Positions 10,649 through 20,376 of a stretch of 61,675 nucleotides of DNA are shown piece after piece. The stretch's first letter is position 1; the number at the start of each line of letters is the position of its first letter. Source of the DNA: Candidatus Moraniibacteriota bacterium (GTDB lineage Bacteria; Patescibacteriota; Minisyncoccia; Moranbacterales; GWC2-37-73); assembly GCA_013336225.1 (NCBI GenBank), contig JAAXUC010000006.1:1-61675 (forward strand), written 5' to 3'. Below the pieces are notes generated by a model that was given only the letters and a program-made list of their open reading frames with translations, had not been told where the DNA came from and searched no databases. The position numbers and the translations under genes were made by a program.

Positions 10649-10756
10649 ATATATTCAAATTTTTAATTTTTAATTTTTAATTTTCAAACAATTCTTTAAT
10701 TTTTCAATCAATCAATCGTTTTAAAAATTTAATCATTTTGTTAATGGAAATTAAAG

Positions 10757-11866
10757 TTATGATAATAACTTTGTGTATGCTTCACTATATTGGTTGGCGA
10801 CATCCTTGATGTCAAAATTTTCCAGGGTGTATGCTCTGGCTGCTTTTCCTATTTTCTCACATTTTTCTCTGTTTTCAAAGAGATCAATGATGGCTGCTGG
10901 CAACTGAGCTGAATCTTTAGCATCAATCATGACGGCATTTTCGCTGGAAGAAAATTCTTCCAAGATCGGCAGATTTGAAACAATGACAGGTTTCTCGCAA
11001 GCAAATGCCTCAATGACTGCCAAGGGAACATCGAATTTGCCTTCCATGTTGCGGACAGGGAAGATGACCACGTCTGAAAGATTGTACAATTTTGGCATGT
11101 CAGTGAAAGTGTCAGTGAAAATTATTTTTTCAAAAATGCCGCGCTCTTTGAGGGTTGCAACCACTTCATCTTTTTTGCGAGCATCTTTTTCATTTTTGAC
11201 TCTGCAGGCAAAAATGAATTTGGCAGTTGGAATCTTCTCAAATAAATCAGGCAGCATTTCCACGATGTCATCAGTTGCGCCCAGGCGAGTGTATTCCCCT
11301 GGATAGGAAATGATGAAATCTTCTTGTTTGATTCCAAGCAAATCCATGGCGCGCATGTTTTTGGAAGTCGGGGAATATAGGTCAGTGTCAATTCCTGGAT
11401 AGATTCTGACGATATTTGCAAGGCCTAATTTCTCAAGTTTATTTTTGGCATAATCCGAATAGGTGATGACAAGATCGGCAAAAATGATTTTTTTGAAATC
11501 GGCATCCTCGAAAAGATCTTCGCGCAAAGTGGCAATGGTTTGAATGGTTTTGGTTGTCTTGCTGGTCAGGAAGGTTTTAAATGCCCAGGTGTTGAGCTTG
11601 TTGGGTGTCAGCATGAAATGTGCGATGTCAAATTTTTTGATGATTGGTGCAATGGCCAGTAGGCGCAGACGTTGCAGCCAATCAAGATGAGCGGAAGAAT
11701 AGATGTGCTCCTGTTTGATGTGCGGCTCCAGGGCATCAACTTGGCCAGGAGTCAGCACATGAAATTCAAAACCTGGCGTTGTTTTGGCCAGGAAGTAGGC
11801 GAAATTTTTTGAAGCCTCATCCCAAGGAGGAGTGATGGGGCGGGTGACTAATAATACTTTTTTCAT
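10757..11866 (-). CDS. Glycosyltransferase, GT4 (GT-B fold) family
   Basis: 369 aa. The C-terminal half has the GT-B retaining-type pattern (..FP...EG....LEA.A...PVI.S). Confidence 0.7.
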   Translation of the reverse strand: MKKVLLVTRPITPPWDEASKNFAYFLAKTTPGFEFHVLTPGQVDALEPHIKQEHIYSSAHLDWLQRLRLLAIAPIIKKFDIAHFMLTPNKLNTWAFKTFLTSKTTKTIQTIATLREDLFEDADFKKIIFADLVITYSDYAKNKLEKLGLANIVRIYPGIDTDLYSPTSKNMRAMDLLGIKQEDFIISYPGEYTRLGATDDIVEMLPDLFEKIPTAKFIFACRVKNEKDARKKDEVVATLKERGIFEKIIFTDTFTDMPKLYNLSDVVIFPVRNMEGKFDVPLAVIEAFACEKPVIVSNLPILEEFSSSENAVMIDAKDSAQLPAAIIDLFENREKCEKIGKAARAYTLENFDIKDVANQYSEAYTKLLS

Positions 11867-11910
11867 AAAACTGTTGGAATAATTTAAATTTCTGAATTAA
11901 ATTGTGTCTT

Positions 11911-12036
11911 TAAATCTCAATGTCAAAACCCAAATGTCAAACAAATGACTCAAATCAGAATGTCAAAACGCAATGTTTTTTTAGGATTTGAGATTTTGGA
12001 TTTTATTGGACATTTGAAATTGAGATTTTGGATTTC
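11911..12036. repeat. Stutter-palindrome intergenic element (same family as 9024)
   Basis: AAATCTCAATGTCAAAACCCAAATGTCAAACAAATGACTCAAA ... GGATTTGAGATTTTGGATTTTATTGGACATTTGAAATTGAGATTTTGGATTT. Confidence 0.85.
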
Positions 12037-12039
12037 TGT

Positions 12040-12393
12040 TTACAGATTCTTGTATATTTCTTTTTTTGTATCTCCGCTGGTCACAATGATGGTGAATTTT
12101 TTGTTGGCTATGTTGGTTGCTGAGACTGGAATTTTTTTGGTGACACCTGCTTTAACATCAACATCTCCTTGATTGGTTATGGTGTCGTCAGACATAATTT
12201 CCCAGTGGAACTGAGTGTTGACAGTGTGATTTTCAATCACAAAACCAAGCGAGTTGTCCTTGGGACTTTCAAAATAAAGCATCCAAACATTCAATGCGTC
12301 GATGTCTGCTTGTTTTCGCTCAGAGAAGGACAAAAAAATAAAACTTACTAGGATGAAAAAGGTTGTTGCAAGAATGATGAGTTTATTGTTCAT
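12040..12393 (-). CDS. Small N-terminally anchored or secreted hypothetical protein
   Basis: 117 aa with an ATG start and one N-terminal hydrophobic helix (LIILATTFFILVSFIFLSF) followed by a soluble domain. It is tightly packed after the upstream membrane-protein gene. Confidence 0.5.
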   Translation of the reverse strand: MNNKLIILATTFFILVSFIFLSFSERKQADIDALNVWMLYFESPKDNSLGFVIENHTVNTQFHWEIMSDDTITNQGDVDVKAGVTKKIPVSATNIANKKFTIIVTSGDTKKEIYKNL

Positions 12394-12402
12394 AATGTTT
12401 TT

Positions 12403-14340
12403 TTATAAAGCTTTGTAAAAAATACCAATTGCATCTGCTGAATATACTTGCCAGAATTTTTCAGAACGACGGAATTGCTCGCTGTCTATCTTGGGATCGA
12501 TCATGATGATGTTTGTGCGGGTGCCAGCAAAACACTCTTGAGCAGCTGGGGTGCTCGGATTTGAAATCATGAAATTCGTGCATTGTTCGCGGACCTTGGT
12601 TTCATCTTCATAGCGTTTGAAAAATCCTCGCGACAAAGGAAAATTGTAATCTCGCATGAAAAAAAGCTTGATCCACGCATCGCCGGAAAGGTAGTTATGG
12701 TCTTTCAAAATCACATCTTCAGTTGTGATTTGTTTTGCCAAATATTGCGAGGCTGCATAGGTTTGAATCGAATCAGTTGCGCTGCTGCTGACATTGAGTG
12801 ATTGTGCATTGTCATACAGTCCACTGGTGGCAACATATGACATGAGCAAGAGAAAGGTGGCAAGCAGAAAAAGTGGACTGAGATGATTTTTATTTTTGGT
12901 CGCTGCTGACTTTATGGCAGTTAAAATCGTTACGAGCATGTAGGCTGCCACAATTGCGGTGGGATAGACAATGTAGCTCGCAACTCGATTGGAAGGAATG
13001 TCGATGAAAAGCCAATCTGGTCTGAGTGACATGACTGTTAGAGACAAAATCCAGCCGATTAAAAAAGCTTGATTATATTTCTTGATATTTCTTGCCAAGA
13101 AAAGCAAAGCTATTCCAATCATTGCAAAAGCAAAACGAGCTTCTCCGGCAGTTGATTTCAATTGTTCGAATGTTAGTCCTGTGCGAGTGGCCTTGCTGGG
13201 AGCGCCAACTGCCGTATCAATTGCTTTCGTGTTCAAATAGGTCGGTGTATATAAAAGAAAAATGAAAATTGCCGCAAACGCTATGATTGCTGGCACCGCT
13301 GGCGAGCGCAACATTTTTAGCCAAGCTCGTAGGTCAATCTTAATCGTTTTGATGTTGAGCGCAATATAGGAAATCAGCGCAAAAAAAGCCAAAAAGATAA
13401 ATACGAAAGTGCTGAGATGATGAGTGTAGGCCAGGCCAAGACTTATGAATAATGCATAAGCTAGGAGCTCAGATTTTTTTTCAGCAAAGGCTTTGAGTAG
13501 CAGCAGGATTATGATTGGAATCAAGAGATTTCCAATGTCATTGCCAATGACACCACCGCTGACGAATTTTGCTTGCGGTGAAGCGATGGCGAAAAGCGGT
13601 CCAATCAGAAAAAGGGCAACAATTGAAATGGTGTTTCGATGAGCTGAATCCTTGAAAAAGGTGCGAGCCAAAATGAAAATCGCCAAAACTGACATGATGT
13701 GAATCAGAAACAAAACCAAGACAGGAAAAGCAGAAATGAATTCAGCGCCAGAAATCAGCGCGATTGCAGCGAGAAAAAGATGTTCTCCAATGATGAAATC
13801 AGCAATAGGGGTCGGCTCAGCAATCTGATGGCTTGTTGTGATTTCAGCTTTTTCATAAACTGGAAGTTGACCGGTCACGGCAATTGATTTTGTCCAATAC
13901 ATGTGATGACCAAGATCGGTTGCAGTTGGGAAAATGGCATCTTGGAAGTAGATGGTTTTGATGAAGATGGTTAAGAATAAGAGTGTGATCACCAGGAAGG
14001 TGGAATGGCGTGAAATTTTTGAGTCAGGAATTTGCTTGAGGATGGAAATTTTAGTTTCACTTTTTCTTTGGTAATGCTTGTGAATTGCAAAGCAGGCTGC
14101 TGAAAAAAATGCAATTGTCGCCAGCACACTGAAGCGCGTGATGGCAAATGGGGATCGTCCGAGCAGAATCAATAAGAAATCAATCACAACAATGCTGGAG
14201 CCAAATGAAAGCACGAATAATTCCAGCATCGAAAATTGCCTATACATGCGTGTGGCCAGAATCAGAAAAATTCCAGGAATGAATCCTGCAATTAATATTG
14301 CCAGATAGAAAGCTAATTGTGATGAGAAAAAATCAAACAT
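12403..14340 (-). CDS. Large polytopic membrane protein (possible GT-C/polymerase-like) with C-terminal soluble domain
   Basis: About 645 aa with more than 12 TM segments and then a roughly 130-aa soluble tail. I chose the ATG at 14340 as start, because the first 9 codons of the tracked ORF lie inside the stutter repeat. Confidence 0.6.
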   Translation of the reverse strand: MFDFFSSQLAFYLAILIAGFIPGIFLILATRMYRQFSMLELFVLSFGSSIVVIDFLLILLGRSPFAITRFSVLATIAFFSAACFAIHKHYQRKSETKISILKQIPDSKISRHSTFLVITLLFLTIFIKTIYFQDAIFPTATDLGHHMYWTKSIAVTGQLPVYEKAEITTSHQIAEPTPIADFIIGEHLFLAAIALISGAEFISAFPVLVLFLIHIMSVLAIFILARTFFKDSAHRNTISIVALFLIGPLFAIASPQAKFVSGGVIGNDIGNLLIPIIILLLLKAFAEKKSELLAYALFISLGLAYTHHLSTFVFIFLAFFALISYIALNIKTIKIDLRAWLKMLRSPAVPAIIAFAAIFIFLLYTPTYLNTKAIDTAVGAPSKATRTGLTFEQLKSTAGEARFAFAMIGIALLFLARNIKKYNQAFLIGWILSLTVMSLRPDWLFIDIPSNRVASYIVYPTAIVAAYMLVTILTAIKSAATKNKNHLSPLFLLATFLLLMSYVATSGLYDNAQSLNVSSSATDSIQTYAASQYLAKQITTEDVILKDHNYLSGDAWIKLFFMRDYNFPLSRGFFKRYEDETKVREQCTNFMISNPSTPAAQECFAGTRTNIIMIDPKIDSEQFRRSEKFWQVYSADAIGIFYKAL

Positions 14341-14344
14341 AATA

Positions 14345-14540
14345 TTTTTTATAAATCCAAATGCCAAAATCCAAATTCCAAATATGATTACATATTATCG
14401 GCGCTCGTTCGGAAATGAAAATTAATTTTCATTTCACTCACTCTACTTGATAATAAATGATTTAAATCCAAATTTTTTAAAATTAGGATTTAGGATTTTA
14501 GATTTTATTTGACATTGAGATTTGAGATTTGAGATTTTCA
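14345..14540. repeat. Composite intergenic repeat: stutter-palindrome arms flanking a GCTCGTTCGGAAAT...ATTTCACTCACTC hairpin module
   Basis: Left arm is AAATCCAAATGCCAAAATCCAAATTCCAAAT. Right arm is GGATTTAGGATTTTAGATTTTATTTGACATTGAGATTTGAGATTTGAGATTTT. The centre GGAAATGAAAATTAATTTTCATTTC is a perfect hairpin. The right arm supplies the last codons of the GT4 gene. Confidence 0.8.
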
Positions 14541-15640
14541 TTAATGGTTTTTTGTATTTCAGTCAGATATTGTTGGGCTATATTTTTCCATTGATAATTT
14601 GCAAGCACGAAATTTCTGACAGTTTCTCCAAAAAGTTCGCGTGGACTTCCGCTTTTGAACAATTCATTTATTTTATCTGCGTAAGCTTGAGCATTTTCTG
14701 GTTCCACCAGGAAACCATTCTTGCCGTCCTTGATGGCATCTTTCAATCCTTCCATGTTTGAGGCAAGCACGGGCAGGCGACAGGCGCCAGCTTCAATGAC
14801 AGAAATTCCAAAACCTTCCATGTCGCCAGCAACCTTGATGTTAGGCTGCACAAAAAGATCGGCAGTGTTGAGCAAAACATTCTTGGCTTCATCTGGAATA
14901 TATCCAAGCATGGTAATGCGATTTTCCAATTTGTTATTTTTGATCGCTTGCTGGATGTTTTCTTTGTCTGGACCGTCACCTGCAATGATGTAGACAAAAT
15001 TTTCAGCAAGTTTTGGCATCACATTGGCAATAAACCAAGCCACACCTTTTCTTTTGGCGAGTCTGCCAGAAGTCAGCAGAACTTTCTTATCCGCAACTGA
15101 TTGCCCAATGATTTTTTCAAGATCTGCTTTGGCTGATTGAGTCAAATGTTTTTCAGTGTCGACACCATTTGGGATGAAAACAATTTTTTCGTCTGGAATC
15201 CCTTTTTCGACGGCAACTTTAACGGTTTCATTGCCAACAGCGATCAATTTATCAAAGCTTTTGATAAATATTTCAATCCAAAATGTTTGGTATAATTTGA
15301 TGAGAATTTTTTCATACCACACTCCTAATGAAGCACTGCCATAATTTATATCTAATCCATGAATAACACAAAGCGTCGGTTTTTTGTAGAATATTTTCAT
15401 AATCCAACTTAAAATTGCCAATGTGCCATCACCAATCAATAGTGCATCATATTTGTGCATCAAAAATAATGCTCGCAATAAAGCATAAGGTGCAAAGATT
15501 GGCAGGAATTTTCTTCCTCTGGTGTTGGCAATAATTTTAACTTCGGCAATTTCGCTCAGCCATTTGGCAAGTTCATAATTTTGGTTTTCGATGCCACCGA
15601 CGGTTGGGGGATACGCCCTGGAAATAAACAATATTTTCAT
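14498..15640 (-). CDS. Glycosyltransferase, GT4 family
   Basis: MKILFISRAYPPTVGGIENQ is a typical GT4 N-terminus, and the C-terminal E(G)FGI..IEA.A...PV block is present. I took the start at the ATG at 15640. Confidence 0.8.
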   Translation of the reverse strand: MKILFISRAYPPTVGGIENQNYELAKWLSEIAEVKIIANTRGRKFLPIFAPYALLRALFLMHKYDALLIGDGTLAILSWIMKIFYKKPTLCVIHGLDINYGSASLGVWYEKILIKLYQTFWIEIFIKSFDKLIAVGNETVKVAVEKGIPDEKIVFIPNGVDTEKHLTQSAKADLEKIIGQSVADKKVLLTSGRLAKRKGVAWFIANVMPKLAENFVYIIAGDGPDKENIQQAIKNNKLENRITMLGYIPDEAKNVLLNTADLFVQPNIKVAGDMEGFGISVIEAGACRLPVLASNMEGLKDAIKDGKNGFLVEPENAQAYADKINELFKSGSPRELFGETVRNFVLANYQWKNIAQQYLTEIQKTINENLKSQISMSNKI

Positions 15641-15697
15641 AGAATCATGTGGGCAAATAATCATTTAATAATGCAATAGGTAGTTTTTGAAATTTCT

Positions 15698-15810
15698 TTT
15701 TGATTTGTCATTTTCTTTTGAGGCAATAGCGAGCGACAGCGAGGTCTTAGCGAAGCAATCATAGTTCTTCGATTGCAAGCGTGCCGAAAAAGGAAATGGC
15801 AAATCAAAAA
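15698..15810. repeat. GC-rich MITE-like element, divergent copy (family of 18936 and 27400)
   Basis: The 18-bp terminal inverted repeats are TTTTTGATTTGTCATTTT / GAAATGGCAAATCAAAAA. The core TAGCGAGCGACAGCGAGGTC...GCAATCATAGTTCTTCGATTGC aligns with copy B at 27430, with compensatory changes in the hairpin. Confidence 0.75.
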
Positions 15811-15959
15811 ACAGTACCAACTTTCTTTAGAATCATGTATTGGATATGACCCAAATAATCATTTAATCGCATAGTTATGATAGCGCATTTTGCAATTTTA
15901 AACAAGAAAAAATGCCAGTATTTTTTTGGCATTTTTTCTTGCACAAAGTTGTCTGAAAG

Positions 15960-16910
15960 CTACTTTTTGTTCTTTTCTGCTTTTATCATGTACATGAGAT
16001 CTTCTGTGAGTTTGCGACTTGATTTGATCATGTCAGCAATGAGCGCAAAAACGAGAAATTGCAGTCCAATCAAGAAACTTGAGATTGAAAAGATGAGATA
16101 ATTTCGATAAGGAGAAATTTTGAAGTCTTGAGAATATAGGAAGATGAAATATGCAAAAACTGCCAAGGCAATGATTATCAAAAACAAGCCTGGCACACCG
16201 AAAAATTTCATTGGGCGCACATCGCGCACAGCTTTGAGAATTATTTTGGCACTGTTGTTCACGTATCTATAGATGCTGCGCACTACTCGTGATTTTCTGC
16301 CTTCAAAATAAGTCACTTCCACCGGAACCCATTTGATTTTCAGATTCTTGCCAAGCGCGTCAATGATGACTTCCTGTGTGTAGGTGAATGCTCCCGGAAG
16401 ATTGAGTCTTAGTAAGGTTTCTCGATTGTAGCCGCGAAATCCGCAAGTCAAATCTTTGATGGGATAATTCATGAAGCCGCCAATGATCCAGGCTGCGAAA
16501 CGATTCAGATAATATTTGGCTTTAGGCATGTTTTTGGCTTCCTCATTGCCAAAGCGATCAGCGCTGGTCATGTCAACCTCGCCAGCCAAAATCGGACCAA
16601 TTATTTTAATGATATCATTGGGATCAAATTGGCCATCAGCATCAATATTGACCATCAAGTCTGCACCATTTTCGAGAGCTTTTTCAGTGGCAGTTCGAAA
16701 TGTCACGCCGATGCCACGATTGACTTCATGTGAGAAAACAAAATCAGCCCCAGCGTCTTTGGCTGCTTTAGCAGTGTTGTCTTTGGATCCATCATCAATA
16801 ACTTGCACAAAAACTTCATCAATACCTTCAATTTGGCGAGGAATTCGCTTGATTGTTTCGGCAATTTTTTCTTCCTCATTGAAAGCTGGAAGGTTTACAA
16901 TTAATTTCAT
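15960..16910 (-). CDS. GT2 polyprenyl-phosphate glycosyltransferase (DPM1/ArnC/GtrB-like)
   Basis: VIDDGSKDNT and NIDADGQ motifs (GT-A DxD type) are followed by C-terminal TM helices. Such an enzyme would make the lipid-linked sugar donor used by GT-C enzymes. Confidence 0.8.
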   Translation of the reverse strand: MKLIVNLPAFNEEEKIAETIKRIPRQIEGIDEVFVQVIDDGSKDNTAKAAKDAGADFVFSHEVNRGIGVTFRTATEKALENGADLMVNIDADGQFDPNDIIKIIGPILAGEVDMTSADRFGNEEAKNMPKAKYYLNRFAAWIIGGFMNYPIKDLTCGFRGYNRETLLRLNLPGAFTYTQEVIIDALGKNLKIKWVPVEVTYFEGRKSRVVRSIYRYVNNSAKIILKAVRDVRPMKFFGVPGLFLIIIALAVFAYFIFLYSQDFKISPYRNYLIFSISSFLIGLQFLVFALIADMIKSSRKLTEDLMYMIKAEKNKK

Positions 16911-16916
16911 AGGCTA

Positions 16917-17147
16917 TTAATTTTTTTTGATTATTAATTTTGGATCAACACACATGAAATCACATTTTACATTTTGCGTTCCTTGTTGGACAAGGTTTTT
17001 TGAGCAATCATTCAATCTTTGTTGGCAAGTTGCCTTGCTTTCACTGAAATAATTGACATTCAGCTCATAGCCAAAATATGGCAGGGCAAAATAGGCAATA
17101 GCTGCAATACCGGCCAGCATGATGATTAGTTTGATGAGATGAAACAC
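16917..17147 (-). CDS. Small membrane-anchored Cys-containing hypothetical protein
   Basis: 76 aa with one TM helix and a tail containing 4 Cys. It lies 6 nt upstream of the GT2 gene on the same strand. The start is uncertain (GTG at 17147 or ATG at 17120). Confidence 0.4.
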   Translation of the reverse strand: MFHLIKLIIMLAGIAAIAYFALPYFGYELNVNYFSESKATCQQRLNDCSKNLVQQGTQNVKCDFMCVDPKLIIKKN

Positions 17148-17150
17148 GGG

Positions 17151-17272
17151 CTTGAAAATCTCAATGTCAAAATCTAAATTTCAAATAAATGCTCAAAGCT
17201 CCAATGAATAAAAGTTTAAGTCATTTGGATTTAGGATTTTATTTGGCATTTGACATTTGGATTTTAGATTTA
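17151..17272. repeat. Stutter-palindrome intergenic element (same family as 9024)
   Basis: AAAATCTCAATGTCAAAATCTAAATTTCAAATAAATGCTCAAA ... CATTTGGATTTAGGATTTTATTTGGCATTTGACATTTGGATTTTAGATTT. Confidence 0.85.
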
Positions 17273-17277
17273 TTTTA

Positions 17278-18561
17278 TTAGCGTCCGATTCCTTTATAGA
17301 TTATACCATGCTTTTGGATTTCATCCTTGTCTAGGCAATTTTTGCCATCAGTAATAACTTTGATGTTATTTTTCACAAATTTTTCAACTGGAATCTCAAT
17401 GAATTCCTGGTGATTGGTGGCCAGTAAGATGGCTTCACTTTTTTCCAAAATTTCATCGATGCTTTTGGTGCTGGACATTGCCGGCACGAAAGGATCAAAA
17501 GTGAGGACTTTAGCTCCATTTTTTTCCAGTAATTTGATCAGTTCAAAAGATGGACTTTCTCGCAGGTCGCCAACGTTGGCTTTATAGGAAAGTCCTAGCA
17601 CCCCTACGGTTGTTCCTTTGAGGGATTTTTCAATTTCGTTGAGCTGATCTTGCAAAAGCTCGATGGTATATTCTGGCATTGAATTGTTGATTTTTCTGGC
17701 AGCGCGCAAAAACACGTGATCGAAATCATTCTCTTTAGCTTTTTCAATCAGATAATAGGGATCAACTGGAATGCAATGTCCGCCAACTCCACAACTTGGC
17801 CAGTGTGCCAAAAATGAGAATGGTTTAGTGGATGCTCCTTTGATCACATTGGTGACATCGATGTCCATGCGCTCAAATGACCTGGCAAGTTCGTTAACAA
17901 ATGCAATGTTGATGTCGCGGAAAGAATTCTCGGTGATTTTCACTGCCTCTGCTTCGCGGATGGTGGCCATTGGCATGATTTTGGCATCCACAATGCTTTC
18001 ATAAAATTCTTGTGAACGCTTCAGTCCAACCGCATCAAATGATCCAACCACGCGAGGGATGTTGGAAACATTCCATTTTGGATCACCCGGGTTAACGCGC
18101 TCAGGGCAATGTGAAATGAAAACATCTGTTCCAACAACAAAACCAGCTTCTTCGAAAATCGGTTTGACAAATTCTTCACTCACGCCTGGATTCACAGTTG
18201 ATTCCAGAATGACCAGAGCACCTTTCTTCATGTTGGCAGCAACTGTTTTGGAGGCATTGATCACTGGTCCCAAGTCCGGAAAGTATTTGTCATCAACTGG
18301 TGTCGGCACGCAGATGATGTGAATGTCGCACTCCGACATCAGCTTCGGATCACTGAAAACATTAATTTTGACTTTTGGTAAAAGTTCTTCCAAGAATTCT
18401 TCTTTGAATGGTGAAATTCCTTGTTTGATTAAGTCTAGTTTTTTTTGATCATTATCAAATCCATAAACGGTGTAACCTTTGTTTGCAGCAACCGCAGCCA
18501 AGGGAAGACCAACATAACCCATTCCAATCACGCAAACTACTGGTTTTTCATTTTGTTTCAT
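17278..18561 (-). CDS. Nucleotide-sugar dehydrogenase (UDP-glucose/GDP-mannose dehydrogenase family, WecC/Ugd-like)
   Basis: An N-terminal Rossmann VCVIGMGYVGLPLA is present. A catalytic-Cys region GGHCIPVDP follows. The length is 427 aa. Confidence 0.85.
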   Translation of the reverse strand: MKQNEKPVVCVIGMGYVGLPLAAVAANKGYTVYGFDNDQKKLDLIKQGISPFKEEFLEELLPKVKINVFSDPKLMSECDIHIICVPTPVDDKYFPDLGPVINASKTVAANMKKGALVILESTVNPGVSEEFVKPIFEEAGFVVGTDVFISHCPERVNPGDPKWNVSNIPRVVGSFDAVGLKRSQEFYESIVDAKIMPMATIREAEAVKITENSFRDINIAFVNELARSFERMDIDVTNVIKGASTKPFSFLAHWPSCGVGGHCIPVDPYYLIEKAKENDFDHVFLRAARKINNSMPEYTIELLQDQLNEIEKSLKGTTVGVLGLSYKANVGDLRESPSFELIKLLEKNGAKVLTFDPFVPAMSSTKSIDEILEKSEAILLATNHQEFIEIPVEKFVKNNIKVITDGKNCLDKDEIQKHGIIYKGIGR

Positions 18562-18659
18562 ATTTTTTTAAGATAAAAATGATTTTATTATATTAATGGC
18601 GTAAAAAGCCAATAGATATAGTATATCTGCGTATGTAATTTCGGTCAATCATTGCTGAC

Positions 18660-18688
18660 TTGACAAAAAGTTGATTTAGGTGTATTAT
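18660..18688 (+). promoter_or_regulatory. Sigma70-type promoter
   Basis: TTGACA (18660-18665), a 17-nt spacer and TATTAT (18683-18688). It lies 38 nt upstream of the small ORF at 18726. Confidence 0.6.
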
Positions 18689-18725
18689 ATACGGTTGATT
18701 CATAAACCATAACTAAATTACAAAT

Positions 18726-18863
18726 ATGCATAAACAACACCATAAAATGCACGTAGGAGAGTTGGTTTTTCACTTAATGATTCCAATGACAATCCTTGCT
18801 CTGACATTCTCACTTGGTTATTATATAGTTTCCTTGATGGTGAATATCTTGAAAATTGCCTAG
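18726..18863 (+). CDS. 45-aa His-rich N-terminus plus single-TM micro-protein (hypothetical)
   Basis: Translation is MHKQHHKMHVGELVFHLMIPMTILALTFSLGYYIVSLMVNILKIA. It is bracketed by a consensus promoter and a strong terminator, and is below the ORF-track size cutoff. Confidence 0.45.
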   Translation: MHKQHHKMHVGELVFHLMIPMTILALTFSLGYYIVSLMVNILKIA

Positions 18864-18881
18864 TCATTGGAATTGAAAAAG

Positions 18882-18915
18882 AGAGCAGACTGATTTATCA
18901 GTCTGCTCTTTTTTT
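18882..18915 (+). terminator. Rho-independent terminator
   Basis: AGAGCAGACTG-ATTTAT-CAGTCTGCTCT is an 11-bp perfect stem followed by TTTTTT. Confidence 0.8.
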
Positions 18916-18935
18916 GATATCATGTGTAATATGTG

Positions 18936-19053
18936 GTTTTTGCTTTACCTATTTTCTCTTGAGAGCACATTCGCAGCCGAAATCTATGGCTGCTCACTCG
19001 GACCTCACTGTCGTTCGCTACGGCTTCAAGAAAAAACAGGTAAAACAAAAATA
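18936..19053. repeat. GC-rich MITE-like element, copy A
   Basis: About 95 bp are near-identical to the reverse complement of 27415-27518. The central hairpin is GCAGCCGAAATCTATGGCTGC. The terminal inverted repeats are TTTTTGCTTTACCT / AGGTAAAACAAAAA. Confidence 0.85.
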
Positions 19054-19179
19054 CTCTTCTTTTATTTATGGAACCTCATTTTGTGTTTGACCCTCTTTCT
19101 TTTTGTCTAAATTGCGGTATACTTAAAAGAGATAGGAAATGATATAACTTAAATTTTTACTTAGTAATCATTACATCAA

Positions 19180-20376
19180 ATGCGTATAGGAATAAACGCG
19201 TCATTTTCGCGCAAACAAAATACGGGCATAGGACAGGTCTCAATCAATTTCTTGAAAAAAATAATTGAAATTTCAAACACTAGTTTGCAACTCGCAAACG
19301 TGAAAGAAATGGAATTCTTTTTGTATATGGAAGAGGATTTCGATTTGGAAATTCAAAAGAGCATCACTCCTGAAGCGGTCAAGTTTGAAAAAAGAATTTT
19401 CTTGCCTCCATATAAGAGAGACGATTTGATTCGCAAGATTTGGTGGGAAAAATTTTCACTGCCTGCGCTGGCCAAGAAAGATGGTTGTGATGTTTTTTTG
19501 AGTTTATATCAATCTCCAACCATCATGCCCAAAGCAATCAAACATATCATGGTTGTGCATGACATCATTCCGCGACTTTTTCCTCAATATGCCAACAATT
19601 GGCGCAAAAAAACATATCAATGGCTTAGCGAGCATGCACTCAGGCATGCTGATCGACTTGTGGCCGTTTCGCACAAGACAGAAAAGGATTTAATCAAGCA
19701 TCTTGGTCTGGAAGCGGCAAAAATCACCGTGGCCTATGTCGATGTGGATGAAATTTATAAAAAAGAAGTCAGCGAGCAAGAAAGCGCAAGAGTTTTGAAG
19801 AAATACAATCTCAAAGCCGGATATATCTATACTGGTGGGGGATTGGACGTGCGAAAAAATACGGAAAGTGTGCTGCGGGCGTATAAGATTTTGTTTGAAG
19901 CGTATGGTCATGCCAGCTGGCTGCCGAAATTGGTTGTTTCTGGAAAAATGATGCCCCAGCTTGCTCCTTTGGTCACTGATGTGCAAGCGGCGGTGATTGG
20001 GATGGGAATCGAAAAGGAAACTATGCTTTTGGATTTTGTTGCGCAAGAAGATTTGCCAGCGCTATATAAGAATGCGGTCATTTTTGTGTATCCCTCTTTG
20101 TATGAAGGTTTTGGACTTCCAGTGTTGGAAGCCATGCATCAAGGGGTGCCCGTGATCACTTCTAAAACATCTTCACTACCTGAGATTGGCGTGGACAGTG
20201 TGCTGTATTGTGATCCAACAAGCGTGGATGACTTGGCGATGGTGATGAAAAACGTGCTGACAAACAATCATTTGAAAGCCGCTCTCTCATTGAAAGGCAA
20301 GGAGCGCGCCACTCATTTCTCTTGGGACAAATTTGTGCTCAAAACGATGCATATCATAGATTCACTAAAACGATAA
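19180..20376 (+). CDS. Glycosyltransferase, GT4 family
   Basis: 398 aa. The C-terminal block VYPSLYEGFGLPVLEAMHQGVPVITS is the EX7E-type GT4 signature. Confidence 0.8.
   Translation: MRIGINASFSRKQNTGIGQVSINFLKKIIEISNTSLQLANVKEMEFFLYMEEDFDLEIQKSITPEAVKFEKRIFLPPYKRDDLIRKIWWEKFSLPALAKKDGCDVFLSLYQSPTIMPKAIKHIMVVHDIIPRLFPQYANNWRKKTYQWLSEHALRHADRLVAVSHKTEKDLIKHLGLEAAKITVAYVDVDEIYKKEVSEQESARVLKKYNLKAGYIYTGGGLDVRKNTESVLRAYKILFEAYGHASWLPKLVVSGKMMPQLAPLVTDVQAAVIGMGIEKETMLLDFVAQEDLPALYKNAVIFVYPSLYEGFGLPVLEAMHQGVPVITSKTSSLPEIGVDSVLYCDPTSVDDLAMVMKNVLTNNHLKAALSLKGKERATHFSWDKFVLKTMHIIDSLKR

Noticed and set aside
18922-19110. ORFs 18922..19110 and 27287..27496 sharing AAEIYGCSLGPHCRSLRLQEKT as a duplicated gene
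   Set aside because: The shared peptide is the read-through of the GC-rich MITE-like element in its two orientations, and similarity stops at the element ends.
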